Below are positions 34,217 to 45,648 of a DNA stretch of 64,000 nucleotides, one piece after another. The position numbers were made by a program, and so were the translations under genes. The notes beneath the pieces are model-generated. The model was not told where the DNA came from, searched no databases, and saw only the letters and a program-made list of their open reading frames with translations. Positions within the stretch are counted from its first letter, which is position 1, and each line of letters opens with the position of its first letter. Origin of the DNA: Nitrospirota bacterium (GTDB lineage Bacteria; Nitrospirota; UBA9217); NCBI GenBank assembly GCA_963754875.1, contig CAVWHO010000015.1:32001-96000 (forward strand), in the 5' to 3' direction.

Positions 34217-35649
34217 TGACGACCCGCTCGTGCGGGATGTCCTTTCAGCTATTTTTTCTCACTCGGGAAACTATCGGGCCGAGCTCGCCTGCGACGGCAA
34301 CGACGGGCTGAAAAAAATCCAGGAAAGCGGACTTCGATGTGGTATTCACGGACATCACGATGCCGGAGATCAACGGCATTGATTTCATGAAAACGGCGTT
34401 CAAAATCAACCCCTCCCTGCCCGTGGTCGTCATTACCGGCAACGCCACCATCGAGAATGCAATCAACGCCATGCGGGAAGGGGCCAAAGATTTTATCACC
34501 AAGCCGTTCAACGTCTCGACCGTCACCTCCGTCGCGGACCGCCTCATCGGCGAACGGCGGCTGCTGAAAAAAATCGATTTTGGCGGCAACCGCGATTCCT
34601 TTATCGGCCGGCTGAATTCCGAGCTGTTCAAGCGCTTGCAGGAGATCAGCGTCCTCCAGTCCGTCAGCACCGAGCTTGACTCCCTGCACAACAATAAGGA
34701 GATTTATGAGAAGGTCGTCGAGCTGGTTTCGCGCCTCCTCATGGTCAAGGAGGTCTCCTTCGGAATCATCGAAAACGGCACGCTCAAAATCCGCGCAGCC
34801 GTCGGCGCGCCCGTACGGGACATCGTTGTTGCTGGCAGTCTGTTCGAGCACGTAGTAGCGACGGGCAAGCATTATCTCTCGACGTTCGGTGAAATCAGCC
34901 CCCATACGGGCGGGCCGCTCATGACGCCGTTCTTCGCGATTCCCTTAACCATCAACAACGAGGTGTTCGGCATCCTCAACCTTGCAAACAAGGCCGACGG
35001 CACTGCCTTCACCGACGACGAGATCTCGCTTGCGCTCACCTTCGTGAAAAAGGCGGCCCAGCGCATCGAGAACAACGCTCTCTACGAAGTATTCTATAAC
35101 AACCTCATCAATACGCTCAAATCGCTTGTCAACAGCATCGAGGCGAGGGACTCTTATACCAAGCAGCATTCGGAGCGCGTGACGACCTATGCACTTCGGA
35201 TCGCCGAGACCATGCACCTTCCCGCCGAAGACCGGGACGCGCTCGGGTTCGGCGGGTATCTGCACGACATCGGCAAGATCGGCGTTCGCGACACGATCCT
35301 GCTCAAGCCGGACAAACTCACGCCCGAGGAACGGAACGAAATCAACTTGCATCCGGTCATCGGCGGGAATATAATTAAGCCCCTGCGGTTCTTTCCCAAG
35401 GAACGGGAACTGATCCTCCACCACCATGAGCACTTTAACGGCAGCGGCTATCCTGACGGACTCTCGGGTACGGACATACCGGTAACAGCGCGGATTCTCG
35501 CCGTTGCTGATGCCTATGACGCGATGACATCGTCGCGTCCCTATAAACAGGCGCGTACGCACGAACACGCGGCTGCCGAACTTTTGCGGAACTCCAACAC
35601 GCAATTCGACGGCAAAATCGTACGGGCTTTTTTGCATGGCTTTGCATGA
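34188..35649 (+). CDS. REC-GAF-HD-GYP cyclic di-GMP phosphodiesterase, frameshift near 34310-34340
   Basis: ILIVDDD in one frame, TDITMP onward in another; EARD.YT..HSERV, LHDIGKIG, HHEHFNGSGYPDGL, RPYK. Confidence 0.85.
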
Positions 35650-35745
35650 CCGGTGAGGCTGTTACGTGACAATTATTCCATATTTTCATTGCATCTTCGG
35701 TGCGAACGATTTTGATAGTACGCAGACCTGGAAAGGGAGGACACC

Positions 35746-36511
35746 ATGGGGTTACGCCCCGGAGATAAAATCAGTTATAGACTGATGCCGGATATTGACC
35801 TCTACAGTGCCACCGTGCAGTTTGTAGACGAGAAGACCATGGAACTCCGGATGGATGCCGATGCTCCGGCCGTTGTCAAAAGCGGGCAATACGTCATGAT
35901 CAACGAATTGGACACCGATATCGAGCACTACTCCGAAGTGACTTCCCGGGACGGACAAACACTGCGGTTGCGGCGGATGTGGACCGGGAAGCGCGGCTTT
36001 TTCCGGGTGGACGATGTATTTCCCGTCATTTACCGGATCGCGACGTAGAATGCAAAGACCGGTGGACGGAGTCCCGCATCTTTTCCGGATTCGGACCGGG
36101 CGTGGATGAGCTCGAACGTGCCCGATGAGACGGTCAGCCCCAGGGTCTGGAAAATGCTCGTCGACATCAATGCCAAGCTCGAGCTGGTCCTGGAGAAGCT
36201 CAATCTGGAAAACGAAGGGCTCACCCAGTGCGGAAAGTATTCCCGTGAATATCAGCGCGTCGGGAATCCGTTTTTCTCTGGACCACCCGGTCGAGATCGG
36301 GAGTACTCTTCGAACTCAAGATGCTGCTTCCGGTCTATCCCCCCGTCGGGGTCCTTGCTCACGGCGTCGTGGTCAGGGTTGAAGCGCCGGATGAGCGGCA
36401 GGTATGAAACATCGCTGCGCTTTATCGACCTCGTTGACGAGGTCCGCGATGTCATCATCCAGTACACACTCGAAGCGACAGCGGGAGATCATCCGGCGGC
36501 AGCGGGATTGA
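35746..36511 (+). CDS. PilZ-domain (YcgR/FlgZ-like) protein, several frameshifts
   Basis: KRGFFRVD (RxxxR) and VNISASG (D/NxSxxG) motifs, with HGVVVR and QREIIR segments spread over different frames. Confidence 0.7.
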
Positions 36512-36519
36512 TGCAAAGC

Positions 36520-37277
36520 ATGGACAGAGCGACAGCTTTATAGGGATCATGTTCGGGCTCGGGGCCATTATCGGCGGCAACCTGCTGGAAGGCGGCAGGA
36601 TCGATTCGATCCTCCAGCCGACGGCCGCGCTCATCGTTTTCGGCGGGACCGCCGGGGCGACGTTTCTCAGTTTCCCGTTCCGGGACGTGCTCAAGGCCAT
36701 TGCCTCCCTTCGCTTTGTGCTGTTCAGTGATACGCGGGACCGCAGAAAGGTGATCGCGAGCATCATACGGTTTTCGCAGATCGCGCGCCGCAGCGGGTTC
36801 GTTGCCATCGAATCGGAGATCAACAATCTCGACCACCCCTTTTTCAGAAAGGCGCTCGCCCTGGCGACGGCCGGCATGATTCCCAAACTGCTCGTCGAAA
36901 CCACGGAGCAGATCAACAGCACCTTCGAGGACGAAAGCAGACGGATCGCCAAAGTGTACGAGACCGCCGGCGGTTTTGCGCCCACCATCGGCATCCTCGG
37001 CGCCGTCCTCGGCTTGATCCACGTCATGGAAAACCTGTCCGATCCAGCGAAGCTTGGAGCAGGTATCGCCGTAGCGTTCGTGGCGACCATATACGGCGTG
37101 GGTTCGGCAAACCTGATCCTGCTTCCCATAGCGAAAAAGCTCATTCACCGGTTGAACCGCGAGCTGGCGCTCCGTGCTATGATCATTGAAGGGGTCATCG
37201 GGATCCAGTCCGGTGTCAACCCGCACTACCTCGAGGAACGGCTCAAATCGTTCATGGAAGGAACTGACAGGGATTGA
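36520..37277 (+). CDS. motA: Stator A subunit, MotC/PomA-like; frameshift in the first 10 codons
   Basis: MDRATA + IGIMFG; AALIVFGGT, GGFAPTIGILGAVLGLIHVM, IAVAFVATIYG, G.NP. Confidence 0.88.
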
Positions 37278-37282
37278 CGGCC

Positions 37283-37977
37283 ATGCACAAGAAACGTAAA
37301 ATAGAAGAAGAGGAGAACCAGGACCGGTGGGTCGTTTCCTACGCCGATTTCATCACTCTCCTTTTCGCCTTTTTCACGACGATGTACGCCATCAGCCACG
37401 TGGACCTCGGCAAGCTGGAACGGTTCTCCGGCTCCATGAAGTCCGCGTTCAAGACCTCTGGCGCGGGAGACCTCGTCAAGGGCACGGTCATCAACGGCAT
37501 CAGGCCGATCAACTATGCGGACATCGGCCTGGAAAAGGACGTTCTGGCAGAACTCAAAAAATTTGGTATAATTGAAGCCATTGCCGTTGTCCGCGACCAG
37601 CGGGGCGTTTTGATCTCGTTCGGGGATTCTCTCTTCTTTGAGAGCGGGTCCGCTGAATTGCGGCGGGAGTCCCGGCCCTTTCTTTCATCGGTCGCATCTC
37701 TCATTAAAAAGTACCATCGCGATGTCCTCATCGAGGGGCATACGGACAACCTGCCCGTTCACAATTCGACCTATTCGTCGAACATCGAGCTGTCGTGCCG
37801 GCAGGGCGTCGCGCGTCTATGCTTTTCTGGTGAGCGAGGAAGGGGTCAATGCGGGACCAGATGGGCGTGGCCGGTTACGGTGAATACCGGCCGGTTGAAT
37901 CGAACGCAACACCTGAGGGACGGGCGCGTAACAGGAGGATAGATATTGTCTTTGTCTCAAAAAAGGACGGGACATAA
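37283..37977 (+). CDS. motB: Stator B subunit, MotD-like; frameshifts near 37800-37860
   Basis: RWVVSYADFITLLFAFF; OmpA-like IEGHTDN, SNIELS, GYGEYRP, RNRRIDIV in shifted frames. Confidence 0.85.
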
Positions 37978-37978
37978 C

Positions 37979-39461
37979 GTGCTCTTCATCGAATACAGCC
38001 GGGAGAGGTGTGATCGCATACGCTCTGTCTTCGAGAAGTGCCGGGGGCGATCGAAAAAATCGACTGTGCTCCCATCGCCGGAAGCCGCGTTCACGGTCAT
38101 ACGACAGGAGGCCGTCGACGCTGTATTCGTGAATCCTGCTGAACATGATTTGGTTGCCGGCCGAATTCGTGAAGACACTGACGCAGACTGCGAGGCCGGT
38201 CCCCGTGATCATGGCGCTGCCGCACGTCGACGATGACGCGGTGCTGCGGATGCTCCAGGCCGGCGTCCTCGAATGCGTGGCTGCCGATGCGGTGGATGCC
38301 TACCCTGCTGCCGCCCGGCGCGCTATAATCCGCTTCGAGGCTGCGCGCAGCAACGCGGAGCACACCGAGGCCATCCTGCGCAGTCAGATACAGTGGATGT
38401 CGATCATCGACGCCATTACCGACTACATATTCGTGCTCGACAACGCACACACGCTCGTGAACGTCAATCATGCCTTTGCCGAGGCGATCGGCAAGCACCC
38501 GCGCGAAATCGTCGGCAGCAGGATTTCGGACGTCTTCGATCTCGATGTTCCCAGCGAATCGACCCGCTCCGCCGTTCTCGAAGACAGCACGCCCCGCACC
38601 TATGAAAAAAAGATCGGCGAGGAAATCTATCAGATCAGCGTATTCCCTTTGCTGGAGGACAATCGCCCGCTCACCATTCACGTGATGAAAAACGTCACCG
38701 AGGTGAGAAGGCTGAAGGACCAGCTCTACCATGCCGACAAGCTCGCCTCGATAGGACTGCTGGTCTCCGGCGTCGCCCATGAAATCAACAACCCGCTGAC
38801 GGGGACCATCGCCTATACCGAGCTGCTGTCCATGAAAGTCAGCCGATGAGGGCGTCAAGGCCGAGCTGAAAAAAATCCTGGACAGCGCCGAACGGTGCAA
38901 GAAGATCGTGGACAATCTCCTGACCTTCTCCCGGCAGCGCACGCCGTCGAAGAGCCTTGAATCCATCAACGACATCATCGACCGGGCCATCGATCTCCGG
39001 AGCTACTGGCTCAAATCGAACAACATCCAGATCGTGCGGGAGTACGACCCCGTTTCCACGGTGTTCGTCGACGCCCAGCAGATCCAGCAGGTCGTGTTGA
39101 ACCTGCTGCTGAATGCGGAGCAGGCAATCGTCGGTTCGGGCCAGACCAAGGGAGTTATCACGTTCCGCACGCGGTCAAACAAGGAATCCCGCAGTGTTAC
39201 CATCCAGGTCATCGGACAGCGGACCCGGGCGTGCCCCAGAAGGTCGCTTCAAAAATATTCGACCCCTTCTTTACGACCAAGCCGGTGGGCGTCGGCACCG
39301 GACTGGGGCTCTCGATTTCACACGGCATTGTCACCGAACACGGCGGGACGATCCGTTTCACAACGCCGAGCAGGGGGGGCGCGGTGTTTACCATCGAACT
39401 TCCCACGGGGTGCTGCTCCCTCGGGGGCACGAATACTAAGGAAAGCAGGCAGGTAGAATAA
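37979..39461 (+). CDS. Degenerate REC-PAS-histidine kinase, frameshifted
   Basis: [51 protein letters not shown], in different frames. Confidence 0.8.
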
Positions 39462-39463
39462 CC

Positions 39464-40321
39464 ATGTTTGTCATCATCGGCATCGTCGTTGTGCTCGGCT
39501 CAATCATCGGCGGGTATCTCATGGAAGAGGGCAATCTCAGCGTCCTGTTCCAGCCTGCCGAAGTCGTGATCATTTTCGGCGCTGCGCTCGGCTCGTTCTT
39601 TATCAGTTCGCCGGGAAAAGTCGTAGGGCTGGTTTTTAAAAATGTATTTTCCGTCATTGCCGCAAAGAACCAGAGCAAGGCAAAGTACCTGGAGCTGCTC
39701 TCGCTTCTGTACCAGCTCTTTTCCAAGATCCGGAAAGAGGGGCTGGTGTCGATCGAATCGGACATTGAAAATCCGCCGAAAAGCCCGATCTTCCAGAAGC
39801 ACTCCGGACTGCTCTCGAACCACCATGCGCTCAATTTTATTTGCGACAACCTCAAGGTGATCATCACGGCGAACATCCCGCCGCACGAGCTTGACAACCT
39901 CATGGAGATCGAGATCGACACACACCACCATGAGGCCATGATACCGTCGCACAGCGTCGCAAGGATCGCCGACGCCCTGCCGGGTCTCGGCATCGTCGCG
40001 GCGGTCCTGGGCGTCGTGCTCACCATGGGCAAGATCTCCGAACCGCCCGCGGTCCTCGGCCACTCGATCGGCGCGGCCCTCGTCGGCACGTTCCTGGGCG
40101 TGCTCATGTGCTACGGCTTTGTCGGCCCCATGGCCGCCAACCTCGAACACCAGGCCCGCGAGGGCGGCACTTTTTTCCAGGTCATCAGGGTCGCACTCGT
40201 TGCGTTTGTGGGCGGCTCGGCGCCCCAGATGGCTGTTGAATTCGGCCGACGGGCGATCCCGGACAAGGAAAAACCGACGTTCGACGAGCTGGAGAAGCTG
40301 GTGAGGGGCAGGGTGAAATGA
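39464..40321 (+). CDS. motA: Stator A subunit, E. coli-type MotA
   Basis: QPAEVVII.GAA.G, RKEG...IE.DIENP, ALPGLGIVAAVLGVV, GAALVGTFLG, AVEFGR. Confidence 0.95.
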   Translation: MFVIIGIVVVLGSIIGGYLMEEGNLSVLFQPAEVVIIFGAALGSFFISSPGKVVGLVFKNVFSVIAAKNQSKAKYLELLSLLYQLFSKIRKEGLVSIESDIENPPKSPIFQKHSGLLSNHHALNFICDNLKVIITANIPPHELDNLMEIEIDTHHHEAMIPSHSVARIADALPGLGIVAAVLGVVLTMGKISEPPAVLGHSIGAALVGTFLGVLMCYGFVGPMAANLEHQAREGGTFFQVIRVALVAFVGGSAPQMAVEFGRRAIPDKEKPTFDELEKLVRGRVK

Positions 40322-41124
40322 CCGATCAGAAGCAAAAGATCATTATTAAAAAGGTCAAGAAAGTCTCCGCGGAAGGCGGGCACGGCGGAAGCTGGAAGGT
40401 CGCCTACGCGGATTTCGTCACGGCCATGATGGCCTTTTTCCTGCTCCTGTGGCTCCTCACGATGACTTCGCAGGACAAGAGGGTGCAGCTTTCCAACTAT
40501 TTTAAATTTTTCTCCATTTTTAAAGCGAGCGGCACATCGTTCATGGGCCAGTCGAGCGAGATGTTCAAGCTGCCGAGTGAAAACGAACGGAAGGTTCCCC
40601 AGGAAACGCAGGGCACAGTCAAGTCAAGTCCGGAAGTGTTCAAAGAGGCGATCAAACAAGCCATCGAGGAAAAGCTCGGCGACATCAAAGACCAGATTAT
40701 GGTCGATGTGTTCGAAGGGGGCGTGCGGATCCAGCTCGTGGACAAGGAGGGAAAACCCATGTTCGATCTCGGGTCCTCGAAGCCTACACCGCTTGCATCA
40801 AGGATCATGCAGGTGATCGGCGAGCAGATCAAGAACCTTCCCAATCCGGTTTCCGTCGAAGGCCATACCGACTCCCTGGCATACAAGTCCTCAACCTATG
40901 GCAACTGGGAGCTTTCGACCGAGCGCGCGCTTGCCGCAAAGAAGCAGCTTGAAGAGTTCGGTCTGAACCCCGCTCGCCTCACCCGGGTCGCGGGCTATGC
41001 CGATACTGTCCCCCTTGTCAAAGAAAATTCCGAAGACCCCCGCAACCGGAGGATCAGCATCATATTGCTGTTTCCCGAGGCCCAGGCACAGCCTGCCCCC
41101 CCGGCTCCGGCTCCACAACCTTGA
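40318..41124 (+). CDS. motB: Stator B subunit, E. coli-type MotB
   Basis: HGGSWKVAYADFVTAMMAFFLLLWL; EGHTDS, NWELSTERA, NRRISI. Confidence 0.95.
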   Translation: MTDQKQKIIIKKVKKVSAEGGHGGSWKVAYADFVTAMMAFFLLLWLLTMTSQDKRVQLSNYFKFFSIFKASGTSFMGQSSEMFKLPSENERKVPQETQGTVKSSPEVFKEAIKQAIEEKLGDIKDQIMVDVFEGGVRIQLVDKEGKPMFDLGSSKPTPLASRIMQVIGEQIKNLPNPVSVEGHTDSLAYKSSTYGNWELSTERALAAKKQLEEFGLNPARLTRVAGYADTVPLVKENSEDPRNRRISIILLFPEAQAQPAPPAPAPQP

Positions 41125-41195
41125 GCGGGTTAAAACGCAGCCTCTCTTTTTACCCGTTGCGAGGCATTCCTCACCTGCACTTCGTTCTCTCTCCT

Positions 41196-41249
41196 CCGAA
41201 CTCTGAGCTTCGCACTTTGTACTCTGTACTTTACACTGCACTTTGAACT
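41196..41249. repeat. Degenerate heptamer tandem array (consensus YYGNACT)
   Basis: ccgaact ctgagct tcgcact ttgtact ctgtact ttacact gcact ttgaact, between convergent genes. Confidence 0.7.
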
Positions 41250-44200
41250 ATTCCTTATCCAGCGCCTCTCTCACCTTCCTGAGCAGGACCGTGGGTGAAA
41301 AGGGCTTCAGGATGACCTCTACCCCCTCTTCCAGCATACTCTTCTGTTGCACAAAGTCAGTCGGGTAGCCGCTCATGAACAGGATCCCAACGCCGGTTTT
41401 CCACTTTCGGATGGCATCATACACTTCCCCGCCGCTCATGCGCGGCATGATAACGTCGCACAAAACAAGCCGGATCCTGTTCCTATTCTCCAGGAATCGC
41501 TCAACAGCATCCTTACCGTCAACAGCAGTAATAACCGTATACCCGAAGCTCTCGAGCGTCGATTTTGCCAGCCCCCTCAGAGTCTCATCGTCTTCAGCCA
41601 CGAGAATGGTCTCTTTGCCCTGAAGGCGGTCCTCGGCCTCAGGCAGACTGCTTGCTCCCGCAGGGACCGAAGCTGTCGCGGCAAGGAGCGGCAGATAGAT
41701 TTTGAACGTCGTGCCCATCCTCGGTTCGCTGTAACAGTGGATGTAACCGTTGTGCTGTTTGATGATGCCGTAAACCATCGAAAGCCCAAGCCCCGTGCCC
41801 CTTCCCAGGTTCTTGGTCGTAAAAAAAGGCTCGAATATTTTTTCTCTCGTCTTTTCATCCATTCCGTTGCCGGTGTCCGTCACCGATAAGCGAACGTAAT
41901 TCTGCTTTTCGTTGCCTGGACCGGCGCCCAGCTCGTCCGGCCCCACGACGGTCGTTTCGATGGAGAGTTTCCCTCCCTGCTGCATGGCGTCGCGGGCGTT
42001 CGTGGCAAGGTTCATCAGGACCTGCTCGATCTGGCCCACGTCGGCATTCACGATGAGGTCTCCCGGTGCAAGCTCGGTCCGGAGGTCGATGTCCTCGCCG
42101 ATGATCCGCTGAAGCAGCATCTCGACCCTCCGGATGTTTTCATTGATATCCACGGGTTGAAGGTTGCTAATCTGCTTTCTGCTGAAGGTGAGGAGGCTCC
42201 GGGTCAGGCTTGCCGCCCGGTCCGTGCCGGCGAGAATCTGATCGAGATAGGGCCGTTGCGGATCGTCTGCGCTTATCTTCATTTGTAGGAGCGATGCATA
42301 GCCGATGATCGCGGACAGGATATTGTTGAAGTCATGGGCGATGCCACTCGTAAGCTGTCCCACTGCCTCCATTTTCTGGGCCTGGCGGAGCTGACCTTCC
42401 AGTTTCTTTTTCTCGGTAACGTCGACTATTATCCCGATGATCGCGGTCTTGCCCTGGTAATACGCTCTTGATCCGAAAATTTCAGCATGAATGACTTCTC
42501 CCGACTTCTTCAGGCCCCGCACTTCGTAACGGGTGAACGAGGAATCCGACGACGCCTGTCTTTCCGCGGCGTTTTCGATGATGTGCCGGTCCTCGGGCAC
42601 GGTAAGATCAAGCGGCCCCTTATGATCGACGATTTCGACGGACGAATAGCCGAACATTTCAGCAAACCGCGGGTTGACATACTTGAACACGTAATCCTGA
42701 ATGATGTAGATGCCGACCAGCGACTGCTCGGCCAGACTCCGGAACTTGCTTTCCGACTCCCGGAGCTGCTCCTCAAACTGCCGGTGTTCGGTGACGTCCG
42801 TCAGGATTTGCACGGACCCGGTCAACCTGCCGTCCGCGTCGAGGATCGGATCGATCGTGACGTTGAACCAGTGCATCTGCAGTCGCAGCATCATGGATTC
42901 CCTGCGCCGGGACTGCAGCATCAGGGTAAAAGCACAATCCGAACCCGGCTCCTCCGCGGGATGCACGATGTCCCAGTGGGTCTTGCCGAGGATCTGGTCC
43001 GGGGCCTGTTCAAGCAAATACAGCATAGCCCTGTTGCATCGCACGACTTTCCCGTTTTCATCGGAGATCATGATTGCGTCGTTCATTGCATCGAAGGTAT
43101 TGTCCCACAACCTGACGGACGCGCGCAGTTCCTCTTCCATGCGCTTACGTCCGGTAATGTCGGTAAACATGCCCAGCAACCGCTGTTCTCCGTTTAGTTC
43201 GATCAGTTCGGCCGAGATGAGCAGGCTGCCGATCTCGCCTGACTTCTTCCGAAACTTGGCTTCGAGATTCTTGACCCGTCCCTGTTCACGGAGCATCCTG
43301 ACCATTGCCTCGCGTTCTTCGCGGTAGACCCACAGCTTAAGATCATACGACGTACGACCGATAATCTCCTCGCGTGCATAGCCGTAGTTATTCAGGAATG
43401 AATCATTGACATCGTAGAATGTTCCGTCATCAAGGCCGGAGATCACAATCCCGATGGGACTGCTGTGAAACACCGTCGAAAAACGCGTCTCGCTCTGCCG
43501 CAGCGCATCTTCTGTGAGGAATTTCGCCAAGGCAACGGCAAGCTGGTCTGCCAATCTCTCCCACAGCCCGATCGTCTCAGGCGAGAAAACCCCTTTCCGG
43601 CGGTCGTTCAGCTGAAGGAGCCCCAGCCGTTGTTCTCCGAAACGCAGAGGGAGGAGGGCCACCGATTCGTATCCTTCGCCGTTGCATCGGTTCCGCGTAC
43701 GGGCCTGTCGGTCAGCTTCGGTTGTGCTGCGCAGCAGTTCCGTCGTGTTGTTCGTCCAGAAGCTCCCGTGCCGGGTGAAAAACGACTTCGAGGGATTGAA
43801 CCGACCGCAGATCACGTTGCCACACATGCATTCAATGACGGGATTCCCCTCGCTGTCTCTCATTACACAGTTGGCATTATCCTTGGCGCAGAGGCTGTTC
43901 TCGGCCAGGACGAACTCCTTCGGAAACCCGCGCGCTTCGAAGTAGGGGTAATCCTCCCCTTCCCGCAGACGAACGCCGACAGCCTCGCATCCGGATTGCT
44001 GCTGGAAGAACGTTGTCGCCGCCCGGATTAGTCCCCTCGTGTCCGTGCTCTCGTTCACGAACCGGAGAAATTCGATCGTTATTTCGCGTTCCTGTTCCGC
44101 CCGCTTTCGCTCGGTGATCACGTCGAAGACAACGACAAAGTATTCTTTTTGCTGACTGTACACCGATATCAGGAACCAGGTGCTCAAAGCCTCTACATGC

Positions 44201-44874
44201 ATCTCGAAACGCTCGGGCTTGCCCGTCAAGGCCACTCTCCCGTAAATCTCGAAAAGCCCGGGGTCAGCTTCGCGAATGCCCGGAATCACTTCCGTCACTT
44301 TTTTCCCAATGACGTTCTTCAGCCCCGTCAATCTTTCGAATGCGCTGTTCACATCAAGATAGACGAAGTCGTGCGGCCGGCCGTCCTCATAGAGCATCCT
44401 GCAATACGCGAATCCGTCGAGCATGTTCTCGAACAGCGAACGGTATCGTTCCTCGCTTCCGCGGAGCGCTTCTTCGGCCCGCCTGCGCTCTAAGCGTTCC
44501 TCCGCTTCCTTTAACGCCCTACGCACCGCCGGCGCAAGGCGGGAGAGGTGGTTCTTCAGGACGTAGTCCGTTGCGCCGCTCTTGAACGTTTCAGCGGCCC
44601 GATCCTCCCTGCTCGTTCCGGACACGAAAATGAACGGCACGACGGGATAGCGCTCCCGCGTCAATTGCAGTGCGGAAAGTCCGTCGAAGGACGGAAGCGT
44701 GTAATCAGCGAGTATGACGTCAAAACCGCCCTGTTCGAGCCGGGCCGCAAAGTCGTCCCTTGTGTTTACGCGATCAATGACGCAGGAAATCCCCTCCTCG
44801 TCGAGCTTCGCGTGAACGAGTTCGGCGTCGATCGCGCTGTCTTCCAGGTGTAAAATCCGCAAGGGCAGGTTCAT
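41248..44874 (-). CDS. Hybrid sensor kinase REC-PAS-GAF(Cys-rich)-PAS-PAS-PAS-HisKA-HATPase-REC
   Basis: [52 protein letters not shown]-terminal AEDD...DVIMP...KPF. Confidence 0.93.
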   Translation of the reverse strand: MNLPLRILHLEDSAIDAELVHAKLDEEGISCVIDRVNTRDDFAARLEQGGFDVILADYTLPSFDGLSALQLTRERYPVVPFIFVSGTSREDRAAETFKSGATDYVLKNHLSRLAPAVRRALKEAEERLERRRAEEALRGSEERYRSLFENMLDGFAYCRMLYEDGRPHDFVYLDVNSAFERLTGLKNVIGKKVTEVIPGIREADPGLFEIYGRVALTGKPERFEMHVEALSTWFLISVYSQQKEYFVVVFDVITERKRAEQEREITIEFLRFVNESTDTRGLIRAATTFFQQQSGCEAVGVRLREGEDYPYFEARGFPKEFVLAENSLCAKDNANCVMRDSEGNPVIECMCGNVICGRFNPSKSFFTRHGSFWTNNTTELLRSTTEADRQARTRNRCNGEGYESVALLPLRFGEQRLGLLQLNDRRKGVFSPETIGLWERLADQLAVALAKFLTEDALRQSETRFSTVFHSSPIGIVISGLDDGTFYDVNDSFLNNYGYAREEIIGRTSYDLKLWVYREEREAMVRMLREQGRVKNLEAKFRKKSGEIGSLLISAELIELNGEQRLLGMFTDITGRKRMEEELRASVRLWDNTFDAMNDAIMISDENGKVVRCNRAMLYLLEQAPDQILGKTHWDIVHPAEEPGSDCAFTLMLQSRRRESMMLRLQMHWFNVTIDPILDADGRLTGSVQILTDVTEHRQFEEQLRESESKFRSLAEQSLVGIYIIQDYVFKYVNPRFAEMFGYSSVEIVDHKGPLDLTVPEDRHIIENAAERQASSDSSFTRYEVRGLKKSGEVIHAEIFGSRAYYQGKTAIIGIIVDVTEKKKLEGQLRQAQKMEAVGQLTSGIAHDFNNILSAIIGYASLLQMKISADDPQRPYLDQILAGTDRAASLTRSLLTFSRKQISNLQPVDINENIRRVEMLLQRIIGEDIDLRTELAPGDLIVNADVGQIEQVLMNLATNARDAMQQGGKLSIETTVVGPDELGAGPGNEKQNYVRLSVTDTGNGMDEKTREKIFEPFFTTKNLGRGTGLGLSMVYGIIKQHNGYIHCYSEPRMGTTFKIYLPLLAATASVPAGASSLPEAEDRLQGKETILVAEDDETLRGLAKSTLESFGYTVITAVDGKDAVERFLENRNRIRLVLCDVIMPRMSGGEVYDAIRKWKTGVGILFMSGYPTDFVQQKSMLEEGVEVILKPFSPTVLLRKVREALDKE

Positions 44875-45257
44875 TTCACGTCCTTTCCCCGACCGTGAGC
44901 CATGCTGCGTCCCTTTCCGGTGACCGTCCGGCACCGGGCAGTACTTCGTTTAAAACCGCCTGCCGATTCTGCTTGCCAACGAGCCGTCGAGGCATGGGGC
45001 GAGGCGTGTGCGAGCAGCGAGGCCCCGAGCGCCATGAAGGTAAGGCTGGTCGGCGCCGCGGGCGGGATGACGGAACTGTCGTCGAAAAGAGCGACAGTTC
45101 CGATGCCGGCTGCAAGGAGAAGGAGGCTGAGTATGGTTATCAGATATTGATACGAGGGGAACGGGAACGAAGGAGCGGTATCTGTCGGTCGTACAGACAT
45201 CATATTAATCTTCCTGACGGGTCGCATGAATGATAATAATGAAACGGTGATAGTCAC
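44871..45257 (-). pseudogene. Probable remnant of a membrane sensor gene
   Basis: Two TM-like segments with A.PTSLTFMALGASLL, no catalytic domain; stop overlaps the downstream kinase start (ATGA). Confidence 0.35.
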
Positions 45258-45585
45258 GGCGCATCATTCGACGAAAAGACTATAACAAACTATAGCAAAA
45301 TTTGGAGTGCTTAACTGCAAAAAAGCGGGGTATTTTAAGGGTATGCCGGGTTGTCAGTTTATTTTTTATCTGCAAAACAATAAAAACGCCGTTGATTACT
45401 TGAGTGGAGCCTCTCAGGCAGGAGCCGGGGGATTGCAAGTCGCGGGATCGAATCAACATATACTCTTTTCTTGAAGCTTCCATTCGGCCTGGATTGCTCA
45501 GATGCTCCTTCGCCCCTCTCTGCACGCAGTGATATCAGTGCTCTCCTATCCATGCATGACTATCTGCGGCACATCACGCAAAACT

Positions 45586-45612
45586 TAAGTTTGGGCCTGT
45601 TCCTGCCGATAA
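45586..45612 (+). promoter_or_regulatory. Putative sigma28 promoter of the kinase at 45649
   Basis: TAAG-N15-GCCGATAA, followed by RBS AAGGAG. Confidence 0.65.
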
Positions 45613-45648
45613 GAAGGGTACAGGTTTGAATGAAAAGGAGAATTACCC

